Assembly (NCBI GenBank): GCA_051362555.1
Contig: CM120646.1
Span: 18,476,001-18,540,000, forward strand
Reading direction: 5' to 3'
Length of the DNA: 64,000 nucleotides
Source: Lingula anatina
Taxonomy: Eukaryota > Animalia > Brachiopoda
Below, piece after piece: positions 36,043-49,442 of the stretch. A program made the position numbers and the translations under genes. Below the pieces are notes generated by a model. That model saw only the letters and a program-made list of their open reading frames with translations. It made no database searches and was not told the origin of the DNA. Numbering within the stretch: position 1 is the first letter of the stretch; the number at the start of each line of letters is the position of its first letter.

Positions 36043-36796
36043 AGCCGATGACCTGGCGGATAGAGTAACAATCGGTCCTCAGATGGGCTCTAACAAGTAC
36101 GATTCTCAAAAAGGGATGAGTGCATACGGCGCAGTTCGACACGGTGCGGACACACGCTCCGATCAGATGATGAAAGATCGGGCCACCATTGGCGCACAGA
36201 TGGGTTCCAACCGCTACGACAGTCAGAAGGGGATGACCGCCATGGGCGCTGTCCGCCATATTGCTGATATAAAGAGCGATAATATGGAAGATCGGGCTAC
36301 GATTGGTGGACAGATGGGTTCCAATAGGTACGCATCCCAGAAAGGTATGTCGGCTTATGGGGCAGTGCGACACGGTGCCGACACGCGCTTAGACCATGTC
36401 ATGGCCGACAAGTCGACGATTGGCATCCAGATGGGCACCAACAAGTTCGATTCCCAAAAAGGAATGACATCTATGGGCGCTGTCCGACACATCGCCGACA
36501 TTAGAGCCGACAACCTACAGGACAAGGGTACCATAGGCGGGCAAATGGGTTCGAACAAGTACGACTCTCAGAAGGGGATGGCCGCATATGGTGCTGTGCG
36601 CCATGGTGCTGACTTCCGCTCCGATGACCGCATGGTGGATAGAGGTTCTATTGGACTTCAAATGGGCACCAATATGTTCGCCACACAGAGCGGCATGACA
36701 GCTATGGGGGCACCTCGTCGACCGGCAGATATGCGCATGCCAGACTTGTTGGCTGAGCGTGGCTATCATCAACCAAAAGCTCAAATTGAATTGTAA
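36043..36796 (+). CDS. Calponin alternative terminal cassette B (6 repeats; isoform ~458 aa)
   Basis: Acceptor CTTTTCAG|A GCC GAT, phase 2. Own stop; AATAAA at 37233. Confidence 0.88.
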
Positions 36797-37702
36797 ATTA
36801 AGCAGAAAAGCCGTATGAATATCACTCTCCAATTAGCACTATTATTTATCTTTTGCTCCACGTACTCTTTCACGTTCATGTTTGTACCTCAGGGTATAGT
36901 GCTACAACTTGGTCGTATAAAAGACAGGATAGATAACAAAAACTACGGTAAAGGAAGCACTGTAAAATGGTTTTGATCACGAAAAAGCATAGAATGATTA
37001 TGGCAGCTCACACTCACAGTGATTTGTACATTTATGGAATCTTTGAATCCAACGACTACCTTATTCAAATAGAATCACCTTGGACACTAAAGGTGGTGCT
37101 CACTCAAGTGAGCTGGAAGATATACTGGTTATTGTTGAATCTGAATATTAATAGGGTGCAGAACACTTACATTAAAGGTCACTAAACATTTTGGATGCAA
37201 TGTCACTTTTTGCCTTCGCAACTCACAAAGTGAATAAAAATGAAAAACATATTCAATCGTGATTCTTTGTGTCTAAATTTAAGGAAAACACTTTTTTATT
37301 TTTATACCACACATAATGTAGAATGGCTAAGCATTTTGGTGAAAGATTTGCTCATATTTTACTTCTCCTCTTGTAAATTAGTGTTCGTATGACACATAAC
37401 TAAGTTCATGATGATACTATTGCCAGACAGTAAGCTAGCTATCAATTTGACCTCAAACATAATGAGAACTTATAGGCACTACACAAAACCCCATGTTTTT
37501 GGCTTTACATGTGATATTCATCTGGCAATTACCCAAAAATCTATATCCAGTTTATTAAAACCAAACAGCATGCAATGCTTAAATCAAGACTAGTTCAATA
37601 TTCATCCCAGGCAGCCTCTAATGTAGTGAGCGATTTCCTCTCCAACTAACCTACAAGACACTATCATCCATCATCCATTGTTTCCTTTTCACCCCCAAAC
37701 AG

Positions 37703-37883
37703 AGCCGACACAATGGCTGACAGGGGAACAATCGGCTTACAGATGGGCTCCAATCGCTTTGCGTCTCAAAGTGGAATGACTGCATACGGCGCCCCGCGAC
37801 GACCGGCGGATATGCGCATGCCTGACCTTCTTGCTGAATATGGTTATGCTTGTGGCGGCCAGGAGGAAAACCGAAAGGAATAA
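37703..37883 (+). CDS. Calponin alternative terminal cassette C (1 repeat; isoform ~267 aa)
   Basis: Not in the ORF track. Acceptor CCAAACAG|A GCC GAC, phase 2; ADTMADRGTIGLQMGSNRFASQSGMTAYGAPRRPADMRMPDLLAEYGYACGGQEENRKE*; ATTAAA near 38234. Confidence 0.85.
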
Positions 37884-39850
37884 GATAATATATAAAACTT
37901 AACACAATTTGAGCGTTTCAAATGTTTAACTCGTTCCGTAAAACTAATGTCACTTATAGACTATTGGAGATAAACTTTCAAGTTGTTGAGAAGCATTATA
38001 ATGAATGGCATTTCGTGAGCAAATCCTTAGACAATCTGGTTAAACCGCAATTTGAAATATTATACTACAGCTGCGATACACGATGCATCGATGTACTGGA
38101 ACATATGTATTTTGCATATGATATTAATATTTTGTTCTATACTTTTGCCTTCGTTTTAAGTATACCCAATTAATATGATGTTGAATTATTGTTAAATGTT
38201 TCATGTTAATTGCACGATGGAAGAACCATTTTATTAAATTAAAACACCTTCATTCAGACGAGTCGTTTGAATTATAGGTTGGAAAATGTATATTTTGAAC
38301 AATACTCCCTAGATTTCACAACAATTACAATACTTAAATACCTTCCTAAGCATTTCCCTGCATGTTTTACTGAACTTGTGTTTCTGTAGCGACTTACACA
38401 AATAGTGACACGATTGACTATAATCTGTTTTTATTTCAAAATGTTTAAATGTGTGGATTTTGCGTTTAGCAAAGGAAACACTGTCTTATATTCTTGCTTT
38501 GTCAATCTGCATAAACGGCCAATGTTCCACACAGAGAATAGCATGGTGCTTTACAGAAGAATTAGCCGATGGTTTTGTCAAGCATGGCTCTTAAAAGTAA
38601 AGTGTCAAGTGATGAGTTTAGTGCGTCATCTCTAGATTTGTTATGGACAATATGTTTATTCATTCAATTAAAGGGCTACCTCAAAAGCCACTCTTCAAGT
38701 AACCAGAGACAGAAATATGGATGAAAATGATAGCGAATGGCATTATGTTTCCTCAGCTTTACTCACTTTCAAGCACTTACATCTCCCATACGGCCAACAT
38801 AAATAAAACATGCACTAAAATACAAGTAGGGACCACGTAATGGGTTATCTCCGAACACTGCCTTATGTAGCATACCGTGAAGGTATTTCGAATATAGTGC
38901 TTTTCTTTCATTCGCCATACATGGTTTGTTGCATATAATGACTTCTGTCTATATTCCACGTGGAATATCTGTTTCTACGTTTGTGTTTGTAAATAATGGT
39001 GTTTTTTGTATTAAGTAACTCTTTTGTCACATATTTCCCTTTTTGCAGCTATATACAAACCTCTCTCCGAATTAGTTAAAATATGATTCATATTCACATC
39101 TATCGTTCTTGCTACTAACTGCTATAATGGCTCCGGAATGTGTAGGTTAAGGTCATTTCAACGTGCAGCTGGTCGTTGCACACGATCAGACTTATGGGTG
39201 GCGTGCAAAAGTTTTCACATCGAATTATCAAAAGAGTTTAGATCCATCGGCAAAATTGAGCGTCACTAACACTGTTTGTCACAATTTAATTCTGCTGACC
39301 TATACAGGTTAAGACATGATATCCAGTAAAGACAGATATATCGTAAAATGTTAAAATTTTGATCAAAACTTTCAAATTTAGTTTACCTTAGTAAAATTTA
39401 AATTTGGTGTCTTTGTGCTTATTTACCAAAAGTATTCAATGTCATTTCTGGATATCTAAGTTCTGAACCGTAAAGTGTCATAATCTTGTATTAAAACCAT
39501 TTACTTTTGCAGCCATCAGGTTGCAGAGGATGAGTTGGTGATTCTCTGGCTATTCTAGTTTTCACAGGTTAAATTCTGGAGACGTACCACTTGTCTAACT
39601 CAAAATCCACGACACTACCTATTCATTCAAGAGCCAAAATAGCAGCAAATTATTTCTTTTGTGCTTGTTTAAAACGAAGCAATTGTTGCTATATCATTCA
39701 TTCTTCATAAACATCCTCCTTTTGTCCTCACCCACTTTTGAAGACCTGGAATCTAAATCTTGGCCAATTCTTTCCCTAATTTGTCGACCTCTAAAGTACC
39801 CTGTAGCTCTTGGTTAGTTAAAACTCAAAGTGGATCCTTATGTCTTCCAG

Positions 39851-41396
39851 AATCAATCCTGTGGAAAACCAAGAATGTCAGGGTGTGATCAGCATCCAAA
39901 GCGGCACCAACCAATACGCTTCTCAAAAGGGCATGCGAGCAATTGGGGCTGTGAGGCACATTTCAGACATCCGAGCTGACCAGTACGATAAGGAAAGTGC
40001 CGGAAATCTGTCACTTCAAACAGGCACCAACCAATTTGCTTCGCAGAAAGGCATGACGGCCATGGGCTCCGTTCGTCACGTCTCTGACATCAGGGCCGAC
40101 GAAATGGACCAACAAGGGCTTACCTACATCAGACCGCAGTCGTCCGGCTCCAACCAGTATGACTCTCAGAAAGGGATGCGTCCAACTGGTGCTGTCCGCC
40201 ACGGTAACGATGTCGGGGCAGCGGAATACGACCCTCAGACAGCCACTGTCATATCACCCCAGTCTGGCTCTAACGAGCACGCCAGCCAGAAAGGAATGAC
40301 CTCCTTTGGCGCACAACGTCATGGAAAAGATGTTGGTTCTTCTGAGTATGAAGGCAAGGACTGCTTCTCCGCCCAGATGGGTACCAACCAATATGCCTCC
40401 CAAAGAGGCATGACGTCATTTGGCGCCATCCGTCACGTGTCTGATATTGGAACATCCGAAGCCGAGAGCAAGGACACCATTGGTCTTCAGTACGGTACAA
40501 ACAAGAATGCCTCCCAGAAAGGGATGACTGCCTTTGGTGCTATCCGCCACGTCTCCGATCTGAAAAGCGGTGCTGAGCTTGATCCAGAGGGACAGACTCT
40601 CATTGGTTACCAGTATGGCACGAACAAGGTCATGTCTCAGAAGGGAATGACTGCCTTCGGTGCTGCTCGACATGTCACCAACATCCCATGTGAAGAGGCT
40701 TCCCCTGAGGTCCAGGCGGTCCTGAGTTTGCAGTGTGGCACCAACGAATATGACAGTCAGAAAGGGATGAGAGCCATGGGCGCTGTCCGCCACGTGTCCG
40801 ACATAAAGGCTGATCAATACGATGCTGAGAGCAACACATACATTGGTCTTCAGGCAGGGTCTAACAAGTTCGATTCTCAGAAGGGAATGACCGGTTTCGG
40901 CTCTCCACGTCCAGTCTTTGACAAGCACGTGCCCGATGTTTCACAAGAAGGTATGGCAGAACTGAACATCCAAACTGGCACCAATAAGTACGAATCCCAA
41001 AAGGGCATGACGCCCGTCGGAGCTGTCCGCCACCCAGCTGATATCAAAGTATCAGAGTGCACCCCAGAAGTCCTGGCAGTGATGACCCTTCAGTGTGGTA
41101 CCAACCAGTACGCATCACAGAAAGACATGACACCCATGGGCGCCGTTCGACCAGTGAAGGATGTAAAGATCGAGGAGGGCACCCCAGAGGGAAGCGCCGC
41201 CCTGTCTTTGCAATGTGGAACCAACCAGTACGCTTCTCAAAAGGGGATGACAGCCGTCGGTGCCTGTCGTCCCATCATGAAGGCCGGCATGCCCGTACAG
41301 GATCAGAGCAGTCAAGGTGTCACCAGCTTACAGTACGAAGAGAAAACGGATGAGGAAAACAAGGGCATAGTCTTCGGCCGTTATAGGCACATTTAA
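39851..41396 (+). CDS. Calponin alternative terminal cassette D (12 repeats; isoform ~722 aa)
   Basis: Acceptor TCTTCCAG|A ATC AAT, phase 2. Own stop; AATAAA at 42018. Confidence 0.88.
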
Positions 41397-42237
41397 ATCT
41401 AGATGGACAGAGAGACAGCATATATGCAAATACTGTAACAATGACAACACCGTCTAATGCCCTTTTGTACTGAGTCAATGAACTACGCCAACTCTGAGAT
41501 GAAACTGAAATTACTTAAATTGCTACAAAGCACATCCGCGGTGTTCATAAAACAATTGCTTTCCAAAGGGCATTACTGACAATCAAATTTGCGTGTTGTT
41601 GAAATGAAAGCGCCTTTGACACGAATGCGTTGCATAAGGCAGCGGAAACCCAAAGCTTATCCTGATCTTGGGCTACATGGCACGTGACTAATTTTTTTAC
41701 AGTAAAAGGAATTTTGCATCAAAATTATAACTTTAACTTCCGTGTTGGATACATGTCCGATTTGTGGCACATAGTTAGATACTATAATAACGATTTCTAT
41801 CCTTTCTTTAATCCCTTGAATAGAAGACACATATGTATAACATATCTACGATAACGCGCTAAAATCGATTTTTTTCCAAGCATTGTTTGTTTAGAGGGTT
41901 TTGAGAGTGGTTGGGACTCGAGGTTTATGAAGCAAGTCTGTCCATATATACGCCTGTATATACTCCTGGAAGTAACCTTTGCTTGTTCGTGATTACGAAT
42001 GGTTTTTTGCCATTATCAATAAACTGTTCACTGAAATGATGAATTTAGTCAAAATACTTCAAATATGTAGGTATAAGCTGCAAAGGTAACATATGAGTGT
42101 AACTAACTCAATTCCTGAGTAGTAGCCAGTTAAAGGGCACTAAAATCAAATGACACAGCCCACTTGTCGGTTTTGATGAAATCGAACAATTTCTACAGGA
42201 GAGAATAAAGGCAATATATCCTTACTCATCAAAGCTT

Positions 42238-42433
42238 CTGTTCACCTTTTTGATTCCTCACACAGTAGAGACGTTGTTTACTTTTTTGGTTCCTGACTCC
42301 TTAACGTCCCTGTTTATATTTTTGGTTCCCCGCTCCTCAAAGTCTTTGTTAACCTTTTTGTTGCTCACTCCTCATGAACCACAGTTAACCTTTCGGTTCC
42401 TCACTCCTTAAAATAATTTTAAACCCTTTTTGG
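42238..42433. repeat. Degenerate ~36-bp minisatellite, ~5 copies
   Basis: Recurring unit resembling GTTAACCTTTTTGGTTCCTCACTCCT. Confidence 0.65.
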
Positions 42434-44334
42434 TAAATCCATAGCATGTTTGTTTTAATTTAAGTGTCTCAGTAAGTTTATTTTTGTGCTCATTTGTGCA
42501 AATGTATGTTTTGCATATTTTTCCACGTGTTGTTGTGTGTAAACGACCGCTTATATTCAATTATCTTTGTGTATTCCACTATATTCCCGTAGGGCATTGC
42601 TCTTGGTCTGTCCGGCATACGTTGTTCTATGGCAAGCGGTGGGGTGGAGAATTTGTTTTGACTTGACTTAATGTATCCTTTCCTTTGCATGAGAAATACA
42701 CAAAGTGAAGGCACGAGTATTTTATGTAACTACCGATTGTTAAACAAACAGTTTAAATCCATGCAAATTCGTTTTGCTAACATACATATTTTTGAAAAAG
42801 AGGGTTTTTATTTACGAATTGTAAGTGTTTGTAATATAAGGAAACAATCAAGCTGCTTGATTGCACTTGTGAACTAATGACTGCGCATGTTCACTATTAA
42901 AGAGCAAATAATATTACAACAAATCACAATTTCTATATCTATCAAGAAGACCTGCTCTCCTACAGGTTAGTCTTGTCTTGCGCAGCGCCCCTACCAGATC
43001 AGGTAAGATGTACACAGTAACATTGTGTCAATGGCATGTTTGACGGTATGATAGACAAAATACACTATTGTTATCATGTTTTATAATGTTATTATTTTCG
43101 ATTTCAGTTTACAGTAGTTAAAAAACATCTAGATGGGCCCAGGGGATGCTGTCCACCCTTCCTCATTATAGATTTGAGCAAGATTAAATGTTTATTTAGT
43201 GATTGTGAGTCAACCTGAGGACCAATTTTTGAACAAGCTGCTTAAGCAAATTCACTGGAAGTATTTTAGTCAAAATTAATAACACAAAAACACAAGTAAA
43301 TGCACTATTTTAAACCAGTGAAACGTGTAACAACTCAGTCTTAGAGGGGGTTCCTTGCATAACCTGGATCCACTGTTAGAATACCATTATTATTGATATC
43401 AGATGCTTTTCGGAAAGAAATCGTTTTTCAGACGTAGTTCCCAGCACTTAGCACAATATATATATATAACATCTTATGTTCAAGGGTAACGTAGAACTAT
43501 TGATGTCGGGAAAAACATTTTTTGAAACGGATATGGGTTGTTAATGACTTGCTATATTCGTACTGATTTATTTAGCAAGCACTATAGCGATTGCACACAC
43601 TAAAATAGTTTATAAATAGGCCTTGTTTAATTTTGTGATGTTTGGAATTAGTCAAATACCACACATACCTGGTTAATTAAGCTAGATCATTGACCAAACA
43701 CATTATGATTAGAGCGCAATTTTCTTTAGAAATTTCTTTTTTGTTTAGAGTTCATTTTCAAATAATGCTGAAATGTGGTAACAATTAATAGCCCACACAC
43801 TTTGCTATAACTTGCTCAACCATGTGCCGTATACATTATGCACTGCTAATATCACGTAATTTACTGCCGCCTCTATCCTTTTCGCACCAGTTATATACTT
43901 ATCAGTTGATATCTTTCTTGTTTCTTTCATGTTACATACACGCTTTATTCTCACTTAGAATGCACATACACATTTTGTTCCTAAAATTATGTTTTGTATG
44001 AATAAATGCTGATGGTTGATATTCATGTGTGGCGGCCATACATGCAGCCAGAATGCAAGCTATCGTTTTTTACCTCAACCAATCCACAGCATAGAAAAAT
44101 ATCGTGGTCATATTTTCACTGGAGAATCTATCCATGACACCGGGTGCATGTTTTAACCAGGAAAAAGAGAACAGAAAACAAATAAAGAAAAAAATAGAAA
44201 AACCAACCTCTTGGTAACTATGCGGTCTTCAGCCGTGTGCTGGTTATAATACTGATTAACAGTGCGCCAAATCCGCTTGCCCCCCTAATTCACGTGCTCC
44301 CCATGTTGTAAGCGTCCGCTTCCTGTGCTTTCAG

Positions 44335-45016
44335 AGTGAAAGCTGTGGGTGACCCGAATACCCAGTCCTTCGTGTCTCTCCAATATGGTTCCAACCAGTT
44401 TGACAGCCAGAAGGGAATGACCGGGTTTGGCTCTATCAGACACGTCTCCGACATGAAGCTGGAGAAACAAGATCAGAATTCCCAAGGAGAGCTCTGGCTG
44501 CAGACTGGCACCAATAAGTTCGACTCTCAGAAGGGTATGTTGTTTTGGTTTGAAAAACAAAACACCTAGACATGGAGTGATCGTTTATGGAATAGGTTAT
44601 GTCTGGATACAGAAAAAAACAAGGCGACTAAAGCTAGTCATGTTTTAAGTTAATTGATAAATATATTCTCAGTCTGTTTTCCTGGGTCAGTATTCAATTA
44701 TACTTTTTGGCTTCTTTCGAACAGACTAACAGTGTCATTATGGCAAACTTGGTTCGAATCGTATCTCATAATAACAATGAAGACCCGATTAAGGGAATTC
44801 CCGAATATTCATCGCACAATGCACGGCAAAATGCACGGTCTTCAAAGTGACACATGTAAATATCAACGATACTGTATTTGCAGGTATGACTGCCATGGGC
44901 GCAATCCGCCACGTGTCTGACATGACAAAGAACCAACCGGAACAGGACAAAGATGGCGCTAATGTCATTAGCACGCAGATGGGAACAAACCAGTATGCCT
45001 CCCAAAAAGGTGAGAA

Positions 45017-45065
<49 letters not shown>

Positions 45066-46006
45066 CTGCACTGTATTTAATGCACGATGCTCAGTACTAT
45101 TATTATATTAATGTGATACAGCCTCAGCCAATATATAGGGTCACATATCGACTGAAATGAAAACTTAGAAAACTATGGAAACAGACATTCTTGCAGATAA
45201 TAGATGATACATTTGATAGCTATATACTATAATTACTTTCTGTATACCTTTCGTTATTATTGAAAATAAGAGCGTGTGACATTTATTGGAATATTTGATT
45301 TCCAGGTATGTCTGCCATGGGTGGAATCCGCCACGTGTCTGACATGAAGGTAGATGAGGCATCAGCTGAAGGAAAGGCGACCATCAACCTCCAGTGCGGA
45401 ACAAACAAATTCGATTCTCAGGTAGGTGAACAATATCATCTGAATGGGACGTTCCCTTTGCCTTTGACGGACGGCATTTTTCAAATAGAACGCCGGGCTA
45501 ATGAAGTCAAAATTCTTCTTTGTAATAGCTTTGGAGGTTGTTTTTTATTTATCTGTTCCCCTCTGATATTGATTACCATTTATAAGAAAATACCAGATAG
45601 CCTAAACACCATGTAAAGAACGAGATAGATGTGTAGGGAGGGGGGGGCAGAGGAATGTGCTTTTTCCTGTTTCAGAAAAACAAGTGCAAAACAATACTAA
45701 TTGCCTTCATTTTCTACCATATGTTTTTAGAAAGGAATGACCATGTTTGGCACCCCTCGTCCAGTGAAGGAAGTCAATCTCCTGGAACCGGACCAGGAGG
45801 CAATGAGCGCCCCTTCTCTCCAACTCGGTACAAACAAGTACGACTCCCAGAAGGGGATGACCGCCATGGGCGCCAACCGCTGGATCATGAAGGCCGGCAT
45901 GCCCGTCCAGGACCAGAGCAGTCAAGGTGTCACCAGCTTACAGTACGAAGAGAGAACGGATGAGGAAAACAAGGGCATAGTCTTCGGCCGTTATAGGCAC
46001 ATTTAA
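44335..46006 (+). CDS. Calponin alternative terminal cassette E (four exons, 5 repeats; isoform ~446 aa)
   Basis: Exons 44335-44534 (phase-2 acceptor CTTTCAG|A GTG AAA), 44884-45009, 45306-45421, 45731-46006; all GT-AG and in frame. AATAAA at 47423. Confidence 0.88.
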
Positions 46007-48029
46007 GCGGCTACGTCCACGCGGCAGTCTGGAATTGCACTGTACATGCGCAGATAATGCGGTGTGCGGTGCCTCCTAGACGTTTCTCTCCTTTTGATAC
46101 TCTGACTGCGTCACCTCAACTGAAGGCAAACTAAGCGATACATTAAGTAACGATCTTTCGTCGAAACTCACTGGACAATTGTAGTGTGGATAGTTCACGG
46201 TCAGCGTTGACAATAATTTCTAATATTAAAAAGAAGTTTTGGCAACAATCAAGTGGACCGTTGTATTATTCATGTAGAGAAGACGTATGTTGTATTTATT
46301 TATTTATTTGATGGGATCTTTATGTGTTAAAAGTGGTGTTCTACACGTCTGAATGAAATTGATACATCTTATCTACCGTGCAACATTGCAACTTAACACT
46401 TGGTGTGTTACGTGTGTATTCACATCGCTTTCGAAAACATTTCTGTTTTTTTTTCAAATGGAGACAAATTTTAGACAGATTTTTGCTCTTTACATGAGTT
46501 CAGTTTTGTAGGTTTAGTTTGCTTTTACTCGAGGGTTTTGCTTTTTAGTTGTAATAGTTTAAGTTAAGACACGTACCGTAAAGCTTCCGCTCATCCCTTC
46601 TTACCATCACACGTCTGACACGTAGGCGTAAGAGAGACTGCCACCGGAAAGAAAGGTTGTGATTGTTAAGAAACACAAACTCAAATGTAGTACGAGGCGG
46701 ATGTGCTTTGTTTAACCTTCAAATTACACACCTAACCTGAATGGTTTATTCTTAATTCCGTAGAAGATATCGCACCTGATTCTTGACATTACGGCCTGGC
46801 TAGGATACTGAAGGCTAACAAAACATGATGGCGACCCTAGACAGAAGTATTCGATTTACAGTATTTAGAATTTGGACTGGTAATGAATATTGGTCGTCCC
46901 GCTTCTCTTAGTGATATGAATACCAAAAACACTTTATAAATGCAGCTTGTTTTGTCTGCCAGTGTAGTGCTATTTTATGGGCTGAATCAGTGTACCAGTA
47001 CTTTTCTATTACATAGTAAAAGTCATACCCCTTCATTTCAAAGATGTTCACATTTTGAGAGGTGATAAAAATGATTCAAATATCAATCTCCCCCGTGCAA
47101 TCTCGTGCAGTTGTGTTTTCATGAAATAAGGACGTGTAAACTTTTGAACCACTCTATCATTTTATCATATTTTACCTGGTCCCATTTCACAAACAGTAAC
47201 TGCGTTATTTAACTCCCTCGAAATGTGAACATTTTGATCGTTACTCAAACCGAAAGCCTTTAGGTTCGCACACTCTCTGTATACAGGCACGAGATGCAAA
47301 TGCATAGCCCCTTTGCTACTCTTTAGTTGGATGAAGCTGTTTAACAGACATACGAGACAGTATTATGATGGCTAGTTGCTCAGAGTGGCACTCATATGAC
47401 TTCATGTTCACGGTGGTGAAAAAATAAAACTGGTTTATACTTTAACAAAATGTTGTTGTGTTATTATTTACAATTTACGCAAATGAGATTAAAATGCAAG
47501 TTACGAATACTTGATCCTTGAAGAACTGACATTATTTAAAAGTACTGTAATTGAAATTTCGAAATTGCATCAAATTCAGTCCAAGACGTCGGTCGCATAT
47601 GTGTTTTTAAACTTATGGAGAAACAATTGGACATTTCAGTTTCGTTTTTTAATACATATGCACATTAATGTTAGTCACCAAATTGTAGCTTGGCCTATAC
47701 ATATCAAATGTGGCCAATACACTACGCTAGGTTTCATTCTTTTTTATTATTATTATTTAGATTCATTAATTTCTGACTTTGTTTGCTAAGACCGCGAATT
47801 GTGTTTAACAAAAGCGGTGCAGCGTGCAGCTTTGGCTGTCAAGGTGCGCGGAGCATTCGCACCTGATGCAATCTCATTATCGCAGCAGAGAAAGCTATTT
47901 TAAGACGCAATCATTAAAATTCACCCATGAAAACTATCAGTCGATAAAACAAAGTGGAAAATAAAGCAAAGGCCGGAAGTCAGCACAGATAACTGCCATT
48001 CTACAGAGGCATATTACTTATAATGATAT

Positions 48030-48172
48030 AAAGTTTAAATTAATTTACACATTTTGTAATCGAACTCTTTTAACATCTTTTAACGCTAAAACGATTTCCG
48101 TATAATAAAATAAAGCTTAAATTAATTTACACCTTATCTTGTAATCGAAGTCCACATCTTTTAACGCTAAAA
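48030..48172. repeat. Two-copy direct repeat, period ~82 bp
   Basis: TTAAATTAATTTACAC..TTGTAATCGAA..ACATCTTTTAACGCTAAAA occurs twice. Confidence 0.7.
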
Positions 48173-49307
48173 TGGATTATGCTTATATGACATGTTTGCA
48201 ATACAGAAGACCAGCTTAATATTCAAGGTGTACCATCGTTTCTAAATGCGGTGGTGTCTTGTTACATTGAGGGGTCCATAATTACACCAGAAGTCAGAAA
48301 TATCGCGGCGTGAACGTGTCAAATTATGGCAAGGTGTATAGGGCAGGTGGAAACACTCATACTACGTCATGTTGGCTATAAGGTACCTAAGGCTGACTGA
48401 GCATATATGCAGAGACTACGAGCCTGTAGAATAAGCCCCTGTTTCTTCAAGCTAAGGAGGTTTGGTTAATTAAGATATCGCGGAATTCGCCGAAAACAAG
48501 AGCATATCTCTAGTTAGCTTCATGTAAAACCCCGGCTACTATTGAAACAAAACGTTTAATTAACCCTGTAGTAAATGGCATTTGAATTATAATTAATTAA
48601 TTTTATTAATAAGATTTTAAAATGTAGTACCTGTGCCATTGGTAAAATAAGAAGACTCTGCGTCAGAATGAGTTTTTCTCGTAAAAAATCTTTCAGTGAG
48701 TGCTCCTTGCAGCGCACTAGCAGTAAAAACCGAGCTATAAATATTTAGTTCTTAAAAATGAGAGAGCACCGTAATAATCTCGGTATCAGTCTCCATAAAT
48801 GAGTCACACGTAAGCCAGTGAAGTGGTGCACTTAGCCATACAGCTGTTAAGTTTACAAAACTAAAAAGCAGAATGTCAAAAGTCTTTTGACCTTTTTGGC
48901 GTGCGGTATCTTCTCAACATCACTGATAGGTTGGAATTTCGAGACCGCATTTGGAGGCGTTAGTCGCATCTAACCATTTGCAACAACGTTGTGCATCGGC
49001 TTGTTCATAAGATGTTTGTGACATAGAATTTTGTCAATGCGTAGCTTAACTTTTATCATATGATAATATGATACATTAACTGCGTTTCATATGAATATTT
49101 ACTTTATAACTCACCAGTATATTCACGGAATATCTAAACCTGTTTTGCTGTCTTTACTTTCTGGGTCGTTTAAAGTTATGTGAACCCCGTTAGCAGACAC
49201 TTAAACAGACTGTCAAAAGTAGCGTATCAACAAACGTCATACGTACACGTGCTTTAAGCTCTAGAATACACATTCGTCGTAGTATAGACTTATATACACC
49301 GCGAGCG

Positions 49308-49323
49308 TGACGTCAATATATAT
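49308..49323 (+). promoter_or_regulatory. CRE plus TATA-like element upstream of the Trx-like/TSP3 gene
   Basis: TGACGTCA (49308-49315) directly followed by ATATATAT, ~130 nt before ATG 49443. Confidence 0.35.
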
Positions 49324-49442
49324 CCATCGTCTGCTTAAAGTAGGTCAAAGAACTTGAGACGAAATATTCTGAGAATAGCACACGGTTTCTCTTCTCTGAC
49401 AAGTGGAGAATCCTCATAGCCTAAGCAAGGGGAGTTTGCAAC

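Noticed and set aside
32460-41353. Numerous antisense and alternate-frame ORFs over the calponin repeats (also 16493-17440)
   Set aside because: Shadows of repetitive coding sequence with no independent features.
31747-41396. Treating the 783-, 237- and 518-aa ORFs as independent calponin genes
   Set aside because: Their ATGs are internal or overlap the acceptor; each ORF is preceded by a phase-2 acceptor matching the single CH-exon donor, and no separate CH exons are visible.
35680-44150. Rbfox (TGCATG) and QKI (ACTAAC) motifs around the cassettes
   Set aside because: Only a few hexamer hits over ~15 kb, not evidently above chance.
35992-44325. Short complementarity between sequence before cassette B (CAAGCGGGCGGCGC) and before cassette E (GCGCC..CCGCTTG)
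   Set aside because: Only 7+5 bp; too short to claim a docking/selector pair without conservation data.
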